A stretch of DNA of 64,000 nucleotides from positions 17,918,001 to 17,982,000 of the forward strand of contig OX597835.1 of assembly GCA_951406725.2 (NCBI GenBank), read 5' to 3'. The DNA comes from Octopus vulgaris. Its lineage: Eukaryota. Positions 40,941-54,934 of this stretch are shown piece by piece; within the stretch, counting starts at the first letter, position 1, and each line of letters opens with the position of its first letter. The translations under genes were made by a program, and so were the position numbers. Under the pieces are notes generated by a model, which was given only the letters and a program-made list of their open reading frames with translations, was not told where the DNA came from and did no database searches.

Positions 40941-41483
40941 TGGCTGATGTGTTGTCACCTCGGCTCCGAAGGTAATCGTTTATTTTGACTATTTATAGCC
41001 CATATTTTGTGTACATTTTTGTAAATAAGGTGTGTAAGGCACTCAACTTTCGTTTGAGTGCTTTTCCAAGGGAGGAATTCGCCCGTAGGGGCAGTTTCAA
41101 CCCTATTTAATTTGCGGATTTTTCTTCTCGACATTAAAAAATGTCGAGAAATGGTATTGTAGAACGCTGGTCGCGCTCCTTTATGGACCAGCATTTTCCT
41201 AGACTTGAAACGCTAGGAGAAAAAAAGGACTTATGCACCCACACACATTCGACAAAGACAAACCTGAGTGACGTGGTGCTGAACGCTGCAACCACTTGCG
41301 GTAACAGCCCTGTCACCACCACCACTAACAACAACAACAACAACAACAACGAGACTATTACTGCTACCACCATCGCCTCCACCACCACCACTGCCACAAT
41401 CTCTACATACGTGTGAAAATATGTTAGTATATGAGATCCTATGTATGTATATTTGTATCTTTGTCTGTCTGTCTGTCTCTCTG

Positions 41484-41515
<32 letters not shown>

Positions 41516-41854
41516 CACACACACACGTAAGTATATCAATGTGTGTATTCGTATGCAGGTATGTATATATGTGGGAATGTCCAGCTGTCTAATTGTCGTG
41601 TATTTCGTAGTATAACACACACACACATACACACATGCACACATACTCGCACACACACATGTACACACACACGCACAATCAGTATAATAGTTTATAGCTT
41701 AACTCGTTAAATACAACTTAGTGTAAACAAAACACATTTTTATAAAAATTCATACATACATATCCATACATATACATATATGTAGACACTCTACATAAGA
41801 GACTAATTTTGTTATATACGTTTCAATTTGGTTTATATAAACTTGTGTGTATAT

Positions 41855-41886
<32 letters not shown>

Positions 41887-41905
41887 TATATCTATATAGA
41901 TATTG

Positions 41906-41937
<32 letters not shown>

Positions 41938-42617
41938 TGCTATATTTATATATATATATATTTGTGTATGAATGTTTATATATATATATATATATATCTG
42001 TATGTATATGCATGCGTATGTATGTAATTTAATGTTTCCGATATACATTTATGAAATTAAATATTGATATACACTGGCTTTATATTTAATTAACTATTGT
42101 TCTGCATTACATTGGAATAAACATTATATGTAAAGTAAGCATAGATGTCTGCGCTGTTACAGAATAATAATTCTTAAAAACCGCAGTGAAAATTAAATAC
42201 CCAGACACGAACAAATATGTGTCCAGAGAATTCGGTATCCAGAGAAATTTCGGACATTTTAGCAGAATATTACACGGCTGCTTGACGTCCGTATCTTTGT
42301 ATGACTGTTTGGTGGGTTGTGACTACAAAAGGTAATCTTATTCGATGGATCTGCGTTTTAAATGGCTGGCTGTTTTCGTTGACACACGTACCTTTATTTT
42401 AATCCTGATCCCTAATCTGTATGACAAATAATGGGACTAGGCTTTTTGGCTTTCGGTCTGTCTCATGTTTGCTGAAGAAAAAAGACAACAGATAAAGATA
42501 GGTAGACAGTCAGATCGATATATAGAGAGATATACAGATAGAAAGATAGATAGATGGATAGATAGATAGATAGACAGACAGACAGAAAAATAGATAGATA
42601 GATAGATAGATAGATAT

Positions 42618-42678
<61 letters not shown>

Positions 42679-43426
42679 CAAAACTATCTGTCTGTCTTTC
42701 TCCGTATCTATATATGGATATATATATATGTCTATATAGATAAAAAGACAGATAGACAGGTAGATAGACAGACAGACAAACAGAAAGACAGACAGACAGG
42801 TAGATAGATAGATAGATATATATATATAGGTAGGTAGGTAGATACATAGATAGATAGATAGTCTGATAAATAGGTAGATAGATCTGTAATCAACGGCTTG
42901 ACATGTTAACTAATTTTATTTAGTTCTAACACCTTGAAGGCTTTATTAAATTAATTATTATCTTGCACTTGTGTTCTTGTGATTTCTGTAATTTAACTGG
43001 AGTTGGTGACAGTAACACAAAGAGAGAAGTATGAGAGGGAGAGAGAGAATGAAAGAGAGAGATAGAGTGACAGACAAACAGTAAGATACAAACGGAGTCG
43101 ACGAAAATGATGAAAAACTGATTGTTATGAACTACACAGGAGTAATTAGTTGATAAAACTGTGTAAAATTAGAAGAATTGGCTTGAAGCTTGGTGATGAG
43201 ATGGCCGATAATTTCAACTAATATTTTTTAAAGTTGAAATTTGGTGCAAAGAAAAATGTAATTTTAGTTTGTAAACAGTTCATAATCCTGTTTTTCTACT
43301 TAGACAAGGATCTATACGCATATATATGTAGGACAGAAACAAGACAGGCTTACACGCTCCCTTCCCCGCTCTCCCTCAAACACACAAGAGAATTTATGTA
43401 TATATACATACATATATATATATATA

Positions 43427-43476
<50 letters not shown>

Positions 43477-43479
43477 TTG

Positions 43480-43801
43480 CTTCTGTCATTCGACTGTGGC
43501 CATACTGGAGCACTGCCTTTAGTCGAGAAAATCGAGCCCAAGACTCATTCTTTGTATGCCTACTAACTAATTCTATCGGTCTCTTTTTGCTGAACCGCTA
43601 AGTTACGGGGATGGAAACACACCAGCATCGGCTGTCAAGCGATGTTGGGGGGACAAACACAGACATACAAACATACACACACACATATATATATATATAT
43701 ACATGTATACGACGGGCTTCTTTCGGTTTCCGTCTACCACATCCACCCACAGGGCTTTGGTCGGCGCGGGGCCATAGTAGTAGACAATTACCCAAGGTGC
43801 C
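43480..43801 (-). mobile_element. SINE family A copy (5'-truncated)
   Basis: Family A reverse complement. Confidence 0.82.
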
Positions 43802-45600
43802 TCATATGTATACACACGTATATACTCTGAATATCCTTGTTAATTAATTTTATATATGTATATATATCATCTGTGGAGAATTGGATAAATTAAGGATTTA
43901 TTGTGGATGTGGGCTCATGGCAGACGCATTAAAGTTTACCTTTTATGGCATGTGGAACCTTGTTGTTAAGTGGTTAGAGTGCTATGGTCTTGCTTGCAAT
44001 ATATCGGTTTCGATCCCTGGACCGGTCGTTGCGATGTTTTCTCGAGCAAAGCAATTCATTTCACGATAATCCAGTCTAATCAACTGGCAGAATGGCGCCC
44101 CATCCACGATGGGAATTACACGCCACGGAATCCGGGAAAGAAAATTTATGAGCTTATGACTTGGAAAGAACTTTTGAACCATTTTTTTCATATGGTCTGC
44201 AAGAGGGAAAGAGAAAGAGAGAGAGAGAGAGAGAGAGGGAAGGAGAGGAAGGGAGAGGGAAGGATAGGAGGGTTGAGGGAAGGAGAGGGGTAGAGAGACT
44301 GAGACAGAACGAGAGTGAGTGAGATGTGGATGTTAGAGCAAAGTACTTTGCAAGACGGATGAATTGTTTAATAAAGCGTAGATCTGTGCGCACACGCACA
44401 TTCACACACGCACACACACACACACACACATACATACACACACACACATGAAAAATGAGTAATCCAGCACTCGTTCCAGGAGGGAAATATATATATATAT
44501 ATATATATATGCACTGGAGAATTCGCGAAAACATTTATGGGCTTATGACTCGAGAAGGATCTTTAAACCTTTTTTTTCATATGGTGGGTGAGAGAGAGAG
44601 AAAGACAGAGAGAGAATGTGCTGGAGGAAATGAGGGAATGAGAGAGAGAGAGCTATGTATAATGGTATAAATTACTTTTGCATGTCCGATGAGTTGATTA
44701 ATAGACCACAGGTCGGTACACACACACGCACACACACAAACACACATACACACCCACACACATACGCACACACGCAGACACACTCACACACTGTATCATT
44801 GGGAATTCGATAATTGTCATGCACCAACTTAATAGCAGTGGAATTATGCAAGATCACGAGAATCCAAGCCCAGACATTGGCACCATTTGTTATACAACGT
44901 GGAGGATGAAACGACTGGTTAACTGACGACCCCTGACATGAAGAATACATCTTTGGGGAGTTATTGATTTGTAGAAATTACAGATTACATTTATTTTCAC
45001 GTTTGAGAAATTAACTCTAATCAACCATGACATCACTAAGGATCAGCTCCTTAAATATATACGAGTAATTCTGTTGTAGCCTTTGATAAATTGATCAGTC
45101 GGTTTGGAAGATATGTTAACCCTGGAGTTAGGATCAATTGGATTGTTTCTGTTAGGTTTGCGAGACACAGCAGGGGTTTGTTATGATGTAACAGAGTGGC
45201 CTAATCCATAACAGAGAGCGCTCAAGATTTCATACCATAGTGTTAATTAACAAAACCTTTCATTGTTATCTAAATATAAATAGAAGGAACAGATTGATTT
45301 ATATCTACTTCAAAAAAAAACAAAAAAACTGACTGAAGGGTCTATCAATGATTTAGTCATGTTTCTTAGACATATAACCAAATATCTGTTGCCACAAAAG
45401 CTTCGACGATCTAGCGATGACTTTAATGTTTCTTTTAACCATATTTCTTAGACATAGGTGAAGATGTGGGTATTGGGTAACAATCTTGCATCATCCAAAG
45501 TCCAGTCCTACTAAGCCTGCCTTCTGCTGAAGATTCGGGTCAACGAAAGCCTTGTGAGTGCATTTGATTGATGGAAACTGAAAGAATCTATCTATCTATG

Positions 45601-45685
<85 letters not shown>

Positions 45686-45880
45686 GTCTGTCTGTCTGTC
45701 TATCTATCTGTCTGTCTGTCTGTCTATATATATATATGGATATTTATATATTTTTTATTTAAACTACACATGTGTGTGTGAGTCTACGTGTGTGCGTGTG
45801 TATACACATGTACATCCATATGTACATATGCATGTATATATTTTTATACAATTATATATACATTTACGTACATAAATATT

Positions 45881-45925
<45 letters not shown>

Positions 45926-46029
45926 AACTTGTTTATTTTTATTTTCTTTTATTTATTATTAGTGTTGCTTAATATGCTTTGCCAAAATTGATGTTTGTTT
46001 TCAAATATCAGAAAAAGGTAAATAAAATT

Positions 46030-46770
46030 CATTAAAATATATCGGACTTTCGAAGATGTCATATTGTCGATGCTCGTATGGCAGGCCCTAGATTAACAAT
46101 AACAGCCAAAATGTTTGTTGTATAAAGAAGTATTGTCCTCCATCGAAACAAAACTCCAGACGAAAGCCAAAACTTTCAGATAGGAACCGTCGGGCTCTTA
46201 CACGAATTGTTAGAAAGGATAACAAAAGTATAGCTCACAACATTACTGCAGAACTTAATGACCACATCGGGAACTGTTCGCCGGGCTGCTATCAGAAAAC
46301 CACAACTTTCAAATCAAACGTTGCAATGCGTTTGGAGTGGAGTAAAAACTACAGAATTGGTTTCTAGAGCAGTTGAAGAATGTTATTTTCGCAGACGAAT
46401 CATCCTTTACCTTATTTCCAACCATCGGCTGATTATACGTATGGAGACAGCATTTGACCTAGACGTCCTTCTTCCAGCTGTTATATACGGTGGAGGATCT
46501 GTGATGATCTGGGCAAGCTATATTTTGGAGATCCACCGGCCCAATGGTTTCCCTTCATGGCAGATTTAATTGTCAAGACTATTTGAGCATTTTATCTGTT
46601 AAAATTCATCCTATGGTTGCGGAACTGTTTCCGTAAGGAAACGCAATCTTTAACACAGCTAAATTGTTACTGAATGACACGAGGGACATTCTAGTGACGC
46701 TGAACATGTTACCTAGCCACCACAGGCCCTAAATCTTAATGTTATTGAACATACATGGTGCATTTTACAA
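46030..46770 (+). pseudogene. Decayed Tc1-family transposase
   Basis: Frameshifted motifs HIVDARMAG, FADESSF, GGGSVMIW and PPQALNLNVIEHTW (variant of SPDLNxIE.W). Confidence 0.75.
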
Positions 46771-46846
46771 CAGGAAACTGTTTTCGCTGAAGAACGGACA
46801 AAAATTATTTTGGAAACAATTCAAAATTTGTACGAATCCATAAATC

Positions 46847-46878
<32 letters not shown>

Positions 46879-47096
46879 GAGTGTGCTTGTGTGTATATGT
46901 ATGTATGTACATACGTGCGTGTGTGCATGTGTGTGTATATGTGTCTGTGTAAGAAATTTCATGGGTTTACTATGGATAAATGACGCCAGACCTGTTAGAA
47001 CTTGCACGTAATAATTTCAACCTTATTAATACTTGTGTTGTTTCTTTCCAGTTGAACTGACATCTTACTCTTCAGAATGAAAGAGAAAAGGAGAAA

Positions 47097-47136
<40 letters not shown>

Positions 47137-47363
47137 TAGATTGATCTTTCGTTTGCTTTGATATTTGTGAGGGCTTTCACTATCGTTTTTAACTTTGATG
47201 GCGTCGTTGCCTTTGGAATGGGTTTCCTTACTGACACAAACTAAAAAAAAAACCCATGTGATATTACAGAGATTCACTATTCACACCCTTTTAATTCTAA
47301 CGGTTGCACTTACTTTTTGACAGCAATCTGTTTCCAGAATCCCAGTTTGCTCACATTATTTTC

Positions 47364-47412
<49 letters not shown>

Positions 47413-48342
47413 GCATAGGTATTTGTGCACTGGTATAGGTGTGTATATATATCTTACAGCTATCAAGTTAGTTGGAAAAGATCTGCTCGAAACTTTAAAA
47501 ATAACCTGAGCATATATGGAAATGTGATGGATGTGGCAACCTTCTTGACATAAGAAGAAAAAGAAAACCAACAAGAACATATTATGCCCTTTAGAAAATC
47601 GTGACAATGCCAAAAAGCAAAACGAAACGAAATTTTAAATAAATAAACAAAGGAATATGATAAATAAATAAATAAATAAATAAATACAGGCAAATAAAAG
47701 AAAGAATTCAACAAAAATAAAAAAAAAACGAAACAAAACAAAGAAAGTGAAGGAGAAAATTGAATAAAATGAAACTAGCGAAACGAACAAAGAATAAGAA
47801 ATGTTACGTAGAGGAATCAGTTTTTCACGTTTCGCATAAGGAACGAGGCAAGGCGAAAAGAAGAGTGAAAAAATATTCTTGGTTGATGTGTTTTGATGGT
47901 TGCGTTCTTCGTGAACTTGGTCTTCTATCACTTCTAGTATTTTTAATTGTGTGGGTTTTTTTATGGTTGTGTTTGGTTTTTCTGTTTTCAAGTGATCCTA
48001 CTTAACGCATATATAGAGTTGCACTCAGTCGTACGCCCGTGTACGCCGGTAGGGACGTGCACAAACGAGTAAACAAACATACGTGTATGAGCGTCTGTGG
48101 GTGTACATAGGCATGTTTACGTACACGTACTTATATACATACGTGCATCGAGAAAAAAAAGAGCAAATATCCGTGTGTGTGTATACATATATGTGTGTGC
48201 GTGAGTGTGTGTGTATGTGCGTGCATGTGTGTGTGTATACATATCTGCACAGGTGCATATATACATGCACATAGACTTACATATCTAAATGTACACATAT
48301 TTATATATACATGTGTGTGTATGCGTGTATACATGTATATGC

Positions 48343-48392
<50 letters not shown>

Positions 48393-48465
48393 CAGTACTT
48401 TCAGCTCAGAGCTGCGGCCATGCTGATGCACCTACGTTTATACATATATATATACATATACACAT

Positions 48466-48647
48466 ATAGTCGCCATGATAGATCGTTAGCCACTACATAC
48501 ATTTTTTTCTCTCCTTGTTTTTTTCTGTGTCCCTTTCTGTAGAAGAGCGTAGGCTCGAAACGTAAAAGTCTTTTTCTATTCCTGGGTGTTATACTAATAC
48601 ATCTCTTTGTTTTGTACACCACCTGTCTTCGTCTTTTTTTTTCGTAT
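48466..48647 (+). mobile_element. ~180-bp TA-embedded element with a minimal hammerhead variant (48533-48568)
   Basis: cttt-CTGTAGA-a-gagc-gtag-gctc-GAA-ACGT-A-aaag; same layout as 23230-23470 and 54709-54901. Confidence 0.6.
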
Positions 48648-48751
48648 ACATATATGTATACATATATGTATGTTTATATATACATGTATTCATGTGCTAG
48701 CATCTGTATATATGTATGCATAAATCTCTCTCCCTATACATACAGACACAC

Positions 48752-48808
<57 letters not shown>

Positions 48809-49604
48809 TATATATCATGCATTCCTTTCTAAGTACATAATCCGTCATGTAAGAGCTCTGTGCACGGATAAAGGAGATAGGTTCATGTCGTGATATAGAG
48901 GTTCGGGTTTCAACCGAGAGACGGCCTCATTTACAAACAAAATGTCATTGTACATTATTCTACCATAACCATGGCAACACAACGAAAGACGTTTGAAGAA
49001 GTCTCTCGACCCGCAAGGTTTTTAGGATTTGACACAACAAGCAATAATTCTCACAGCGAACCGTGTATCATTGACAAAATGAAGGTTAGTATGTACGGCT
49101 GAAATGAAGTGATATCGCCAGGGGCCTATCCTTGAAACTGAGATAATATAAAGGCATCACCATTTCTATTATGAAACCAACCGGAATTTAATCATCTTTG
49201 TCGTCTTATTCTGAAGAATTTTGCAAACATGAATCTGTCATGTGGCGGGAAACCTTGCTTCCAACATTCCGGTAGCAAAACGCTCTTTGCTGAAGAAATA
49301 AATATGTCTTATTTATTGTGGTTTGTTTACAGTTCCTGTTGTTTATAGATTTCTTCCTGACAGAAGGAATCTATAAACAACGATGTAGAAACGCAATTAT
49401 ATTGTTCTTACACAAGTGTTGCATTCTTAGAATCCTATTTTCTAGATGATTCCGTGCTATTTCGAGGTGTATTTGGTTGCTATTTCATGCAGCGTTGGAA
49501 AATGCCTGCATGTTTGTGAGAATTCTCAGAAATTTACGAGACTTTAAGAATATTTTTCTATTTATATGGAAAAAATACGAAAAAAGGCACTGCTCACTAA
49601 CCTC

Positions 49605-50291
49605 GTTACACCGTCCCCACTGTAAAGCACGGAGGTGGTTCGATCATACTTTGGGGCCGATTTTCAGCTGCTGAGCCTGGAGAGTTGGAAACCATACAAG
49701 GTATCATAGACAGTGTCAAGTACAAAGATATATTGGAGGCAAACCTGCTGAAGTCTGCTAGAGCTCTGCGCTTGGGGAAGCAATTTCAAGTTTCAACAAG
49801 ATAACGACCCCAAGCATGTGTCAAAAAGCACTAAAGCTTGGTTTGCTGGCAAGAAAATCACAGTTTTTGAGTGGCCCAGCCAGTCTCCAGACATCGATCC
49901 TATAGAAAATCTACGGCGAGAATAAAAGCTAGCTGTGCACCGACCTTCCCCATCAAATCTGACACAGCTCGAGAAGTTCTGCCATGAAGAATGGCAAAAA
50001 CTGTAGGCAGACCACTGCAGCAAGCTCCTAGAAGGCTACCCAAGGCATCTGTAGGCTGTAATTGGCGCAGCAGGATCATTCACAAAGTATTAGATGAAGA
50101 CATTCCTAAATTATCTTTGTTTAAGAATCTGTTTTAAATTTTTCAAATGTATTTTGTGTATTAAATAAAAGTGCGATAGATATGCTTATTAAAACAAATT
50201 ATAGGAGTTTAAAATATTAATTGTTTCAATCAAACTAAACAAAATACATCCAGTTTCTAAGGGGTTGGGTGTAGGCCTTTGCAAGGCTCTG
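49605..50291 (+). mobile_element. Tc1-family element, 3' half (decayed DD34E transposase plus right end)
   Basis: [37 protein letters not shown] with stops and frameshifts; ends tttgcaaggctctg|TA, a Tc1-like CAG terminus. Confidence 0.85.
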
Positions 50292-50530
50292 TATATACAC
50301 TAGTATATTTGCGTACGAGTGAAATAGGTTCTGCAGTTTCAAGAATAGTTGGAAAGAGCTGGAGACTAGCACAATAAACAACAGATTAAGCAACAGGAAT
50401 CGACGGAACACTGATGTATAATTCATGGTTTATATAAATCAAGAATTTTCAGACTTGGCTTGCAGAGACCCATTATCACCGACACATGTAGTGGATGTGA
50501 TACATAAGAAGAGAGCGAGACAAAGTAGCA

Positions 50531-50573
<43 letters not shown>

Positions 50574-50615
50574 ATTAACATGCGCATTCCTTGTAATGTA
50601 AATTTTATTTTTACA

Positions 50616-50825
50616 GGTGTCGAGCTGGTAAAAGTGTTAGCACACTGCTCAAAATGCGTAGGGCATTATCGTCGTCCTTACGTTCAGAGTTCAAATTCCA
50701 CCTAGGTTGACTTTGCATTTCATTATTTGGTGGTCGATAAAAGAGTACCAGTCGAGCTCTGTGATTGCTGAAATCGACTTATCCCCTACCTACGAAATTG
50801 CTGGTCTTGTGCCAAAGTTTGAAAG
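50616..50825 (+). mobile_element. Old family-B-related SINE
   Basis: gagctggta..gagttcaaattcc..gactttgcatttcat..gtcgataaaagagtaccag..gtgccaaagtttgaaa; similar old copies lie near 23850-24055, 59920-60290 and 63250-63870. Confidence 0.7.
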
Positions 50826-51003
50826 AAATATATATTTTATTTAAAGATGGACTTGTATGTATGCAAAAGTCTTTCAAATTTGCCTAAACGTCTGACTCAC
50901 TGCATCTTTCTTTCTGCCCATGTATCTATCTATCTATCTGTCTGTCTGTCTGTCTCTCTGTATATATGTATTCCTGTGCATGTGTTTACATGTGAGCAAT
51001 ATA

Positions 51004-51052
<49 letters not shown>

Positions 51053-51059
51053 GTCTATG

Positions 51060-51110
<51 letters not shown>

Positions 51111-51903
51111 AAATGCACATGCTTATGTATTACTCTGCGTCCATACACACCCAAGCACACACACACACCTAAGCGCGCATACACAGACACACACACACAC
51201 ACACACACACATACACACAAGCACTTATACACAATTCTGATTGAAGTTGTAACTTATCAGAAATATTAAATTCCATACAATAATATTCAGCATGTATGCA
51301 TTAGCTCACATTCTTAATTAAATTCTATTTCTTTTCTCCCTTCTGGTCTGGTCTGGTCTGAACGCAACCCACATCATTAGTAATTTAAACTAAACGTAGA
51401 TCTTTCTACAAAGGATACATTGAAATGTCTATCAAATATATGAAACGGCCTATTCAGGTTTTGATGTGTGCTTTCAATGTGTAGTCACGATTAATTTTAA
51501 TAGACGATATATATATATTTAGAGATTCTATAAAATTATTATTCCATCTATAATACATGCAGCACGTGTGGTTTAGTGGCTGTAACCTCTAAGTTCTATT
51601 ATAAAAGGATCGATAGTTAAAACTAGTTGGGACTTATTTACGTGGTAGCTATTTCAGAAAACATGTTGTTGGGTCTTATTGAGTAGAACGCTATTTTAAT
51701 CTCGTTCGATCTTATTCTGCTGCATTGCAATAATAATCGAACAGTCTGTCTTATATAATGCAGATGTACAGCAAAGGTATTCATCTATTAAACAAAAGAT
51801 AAACGCAAGAGGAATATCTGTATGTTATTTGATAATGGGAGGTGTATTTCGCCTGGCTCTCTATGTTCTGGTTTCATATCCCAGACAGGCCGTTTTTCTA
51901 TTC

Positions 51904-52174
51904 ATGGTGGTCGGCCTGCGACGATGGAACCGTGACTGGCTCGCTATCTCCAGTGAACTGGATCGCTATCTCCAGTGAACTGGCTCGCTATCTCCAGTGA
52001 ACTGGCTCGCTATCTCCAGTGAACTGGCTCGCTATCTCCAGTGAACTCGCTCGCTATCTCCAGTGAACTGGCGCAGGACCGTCGTGCGTGGGCTGCCATG
52101 GTTCGAGATGCCTCGAGGGTGGTAGAAGAAGCCGACTCAACCCGCCCAGGGTGAATGTCGCCACAAGTAAGTAA
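51904..52174 (+). mobile_element. 5'-truncated RTE-clade LINE 3' end with a 12-bp TSD
   Basis: Encodes ..SSELAQDRRAWAAMVRDASRVVEEADSTRPG* followed by an (AAGT)n tail; gtttttctattc at 51892-51903 and 52175-52186. Confidence 0.8.
51935..52072. repeat. 22-bp tandem repeat, 6.3 copies (actggctcgctatctccagtga)
   Basis: Units start at 51935, 51957, 51979, 52001, 52023 and 52045, with only two single-base variants. Confidence 0.95.
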
Positions 52175-52515
52175 GTTTTTCTATTCCATCAAATATGGAA
52201 ATCAAATATCTAAGTTGATTCGTCACACACCCTGTGTTCTCTGCCTCTTTGTCTGTCTCTGTCTACCTCCTTCCATCTCATTCTTTTTTCCCTCTCTTTT
52301 TTCCACTGTGTCTCTCTTTCTATGACCCTTCACTCCACTCGGCATCGATTACTTTGCACCGTCTAAAACAATGATCTCAACCGGGGCGACTATGGCACTT
52401 GGGGCTCCGTATGAGATTTTGCTGTTAAAGTTTGTGCAAGAAACTGGTTATAATTCTGCAATACACAAAATATTTTAACAGGGCCCTGGGTTCGATAACC
52501 GGCCTCTCCACCATG

Positions 52516-52865
52516 GACGCAGGAGTAGCTGTGTGGTAAGTAGCTTGCTTAGGAACCACATGATTCCGGGTTCAGTCTTGTGAGTGGATTTGGTAGACGG
52601 AAACTGAAAGAAGCCTGTCGTATATATCTATATATAGGTATGTATGTGTGTGTATTTGTTTGTGTGTCAGTATTTGTCTCCCTCCCAACATCGCTTGACA
52701 ACCGATGCTGGTGTGTTTACGTCCCCGTAACTTAGCGGTTCGCCAAAAGAGTCCGATATAATACGTACTAGGCTTACAATGAATAAGACCTGGGGGTCGA
52801 TTTGCTCGACTAAAGGCGGTGCTCCAGCATGGCCACAGTCACACGACTGAAAGAAGTAAAAGAGT
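52516..52865 (+). mobile_element. SINE family A copy with internal deletion
   Basis: ggttcagtc joins directly to ttgtgagtgg. Confidence 0.85.
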
Positions 52866-53071
52866 ATTTGTTAATATAATTATATTTCATCCTAAATAAA
52901 TTAATAGGGTTTTATTTAAGCGTCAGATATCTGTGAGGTCCAGTGGATTAAAATAGAAATCAACGAGTTCCTTGGACAAAAATCAGTTGTTCTAAATAGT
53001 CAACAAGAACAGAGAGTAGTAACTATCTCAGGAATAATTATACGAGTATTTATAAATACAATTTACATATT

Positions 53072-53245
53072 TCTTTTACTAACCACAAGGGGCTAAACAC
53101 AGAGAGGACAAACAAGGACAGACAAACGGATTATGTCGATTATATCGACCCCAGTGCGTAACTGGTACTTATTTAATCGACCCCGAAAGGATGAAAGGCA
53201 AAGTCGACTTCGGCGGAATTTGAACTCAGAACGTAGCGGCAGACG
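53072..53245 (-). mobile_element. SINE family B copy (5'-truncated)
   Basis: Family B reverse complement. Confidence 0.85.
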
Positions 53246-53680
53246 TATAAATACAATTTACAGGCATACAGAAAGACATTTGACGGGATTTAAGGAAGAA
53301 CTAGTGAAATAATGATCCCTCGGCCTTATTATCTATAGCCTTTATGTTGTTTTTTCTCTTTCCTTAGGCCAGAGACTACATCACTTTGAGAAGACCGAGG
53401 ATGAAAATACTCCAGTGTTGACAAGCATTTATGACATATATTATTCGGATATATTTTGTGCATAATTATATTTTGTATATAGCTGAGTGTGTTTTTGCAG
53501 ATATGTCACGTAAAGAAAGGTAGCACGTCGATAGAATTGTTCTGTAATTCGTATTAGTCAGGAAATTAAAAGACTAACGTATATAATTGAACGGTAATCG
53601 CACTGTCTCTAGCTTCTTTATTCCTGTAAGAACAGCCCTCCCCCTTCATCTACCATTCTCTTCTCACACAGTCCTACTCC

Positions 53681-53768
<88 letters not shown>

Positions 53769-53772
53769 GTGA

Positions 53773-53852
<80 letters not shown>

Positions 53853-54042
53853 TTATATATATATATAGATAGATAGATAGCTATAGATATATATACTCAG
53901 GTATTGACATGTATATGTGGATATCTACACACTTGCACGCACATATGTGTACATTCAAATGTAGCTGCATTTTATATGTGTATATATATGCATGTATCTT
54001 ACACACGCATCCTCTCTCTGTGTATATATATATATATATGTA

Positions 54043-54118
<76 letters not shown>

Positions 54119-54149
54119 TATATATTTCTTTACTATATATATATATATA

Positions 54150-54291
54150 TTGGGTCATCCCATATACAATGCAGTTTTTATACTTACTTATTTTTCAAAA
54201 TTAAGATAAGCAACATTATTTTTTAAAATCTGAAATATACTCTCCTTCATCTTCTACAACACTCTTCCATTTATTTGGTAGAATTGCAAGG
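54150..54291 (-). mobile_element. Mariner element right end with transposase C-terminus
   Basis: Minus strand encodes LPNKWKSVVEDEGEYI; terminus atgggatgacccaa|TA. Confidence 0.75.
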
Positions 54292-54654
54292 CCCCTCATC
54301 GAAAATTGACTCGTCTTTTAATTCACGTCGATACAGCAGACACAAATGTATCTACGTTCGTATCCTTACTTATCTCATAAAGCGAATTTCTCTTATTTAC
54401 ACGTATGGGCACATAAAAGAATACAGAGATGCACACACACACATACACACACACACACATGAATGTATGTCATGTATGTATACACGCACACACATGAATG
54501 TATATCATGTATGTATAAACACACACACACACACACAAATATAGAAACATCATTTGAAGCTAATTTATTAAGTGACAATGAACGAAACACACGTCCCTCG
54601 AGCCATCATAGCTTCTTCTGATGAAGGATAACATTGCTAAATTTAATATATACT

Positions 54655-54708
<54 letters not shown>

Positions 54709-54714
<6 letters not shown>

Positions 54715-54896
54715 CCTCGTGAGCACCGCCAGCAATTTTTTTTCTTCTGTCTTCCCTTCTCCTTTGTTTCCGACGAAGAGCTCCGCTCGAAACGTTAAAC
54801 CCTCCTTCTTCCCTTCTTTCCTGAGCGTCCAATAATACTTTATTTGTTCCACGTCCTCGCGTTGCTGTGTTTTTTTTTGTGTTTTCTTGTTTGGAT

Positions 54897-54901
<5 letters not shown>
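54709..54901 (+). mobile_element. ~190-bp element inserted in (TA)n with a minimal hammerhead variant (54766-54800)
   Basis: gttt-CCGACGA-a-gagc-tcc-gctc-GAA-ACGT-T-aaac; pure (TA)n on both sides. Confidence 0.62.

Positions 54902-54934
<33 letters not shown>

Noticed and set aside
51935-52072. CRISPR-like palindromic repeat array
   Set aside because: Units are directly adjacent with no spacers, there are no cas genes, and the array lies within an RTE fragment in a eukaryotic genome.
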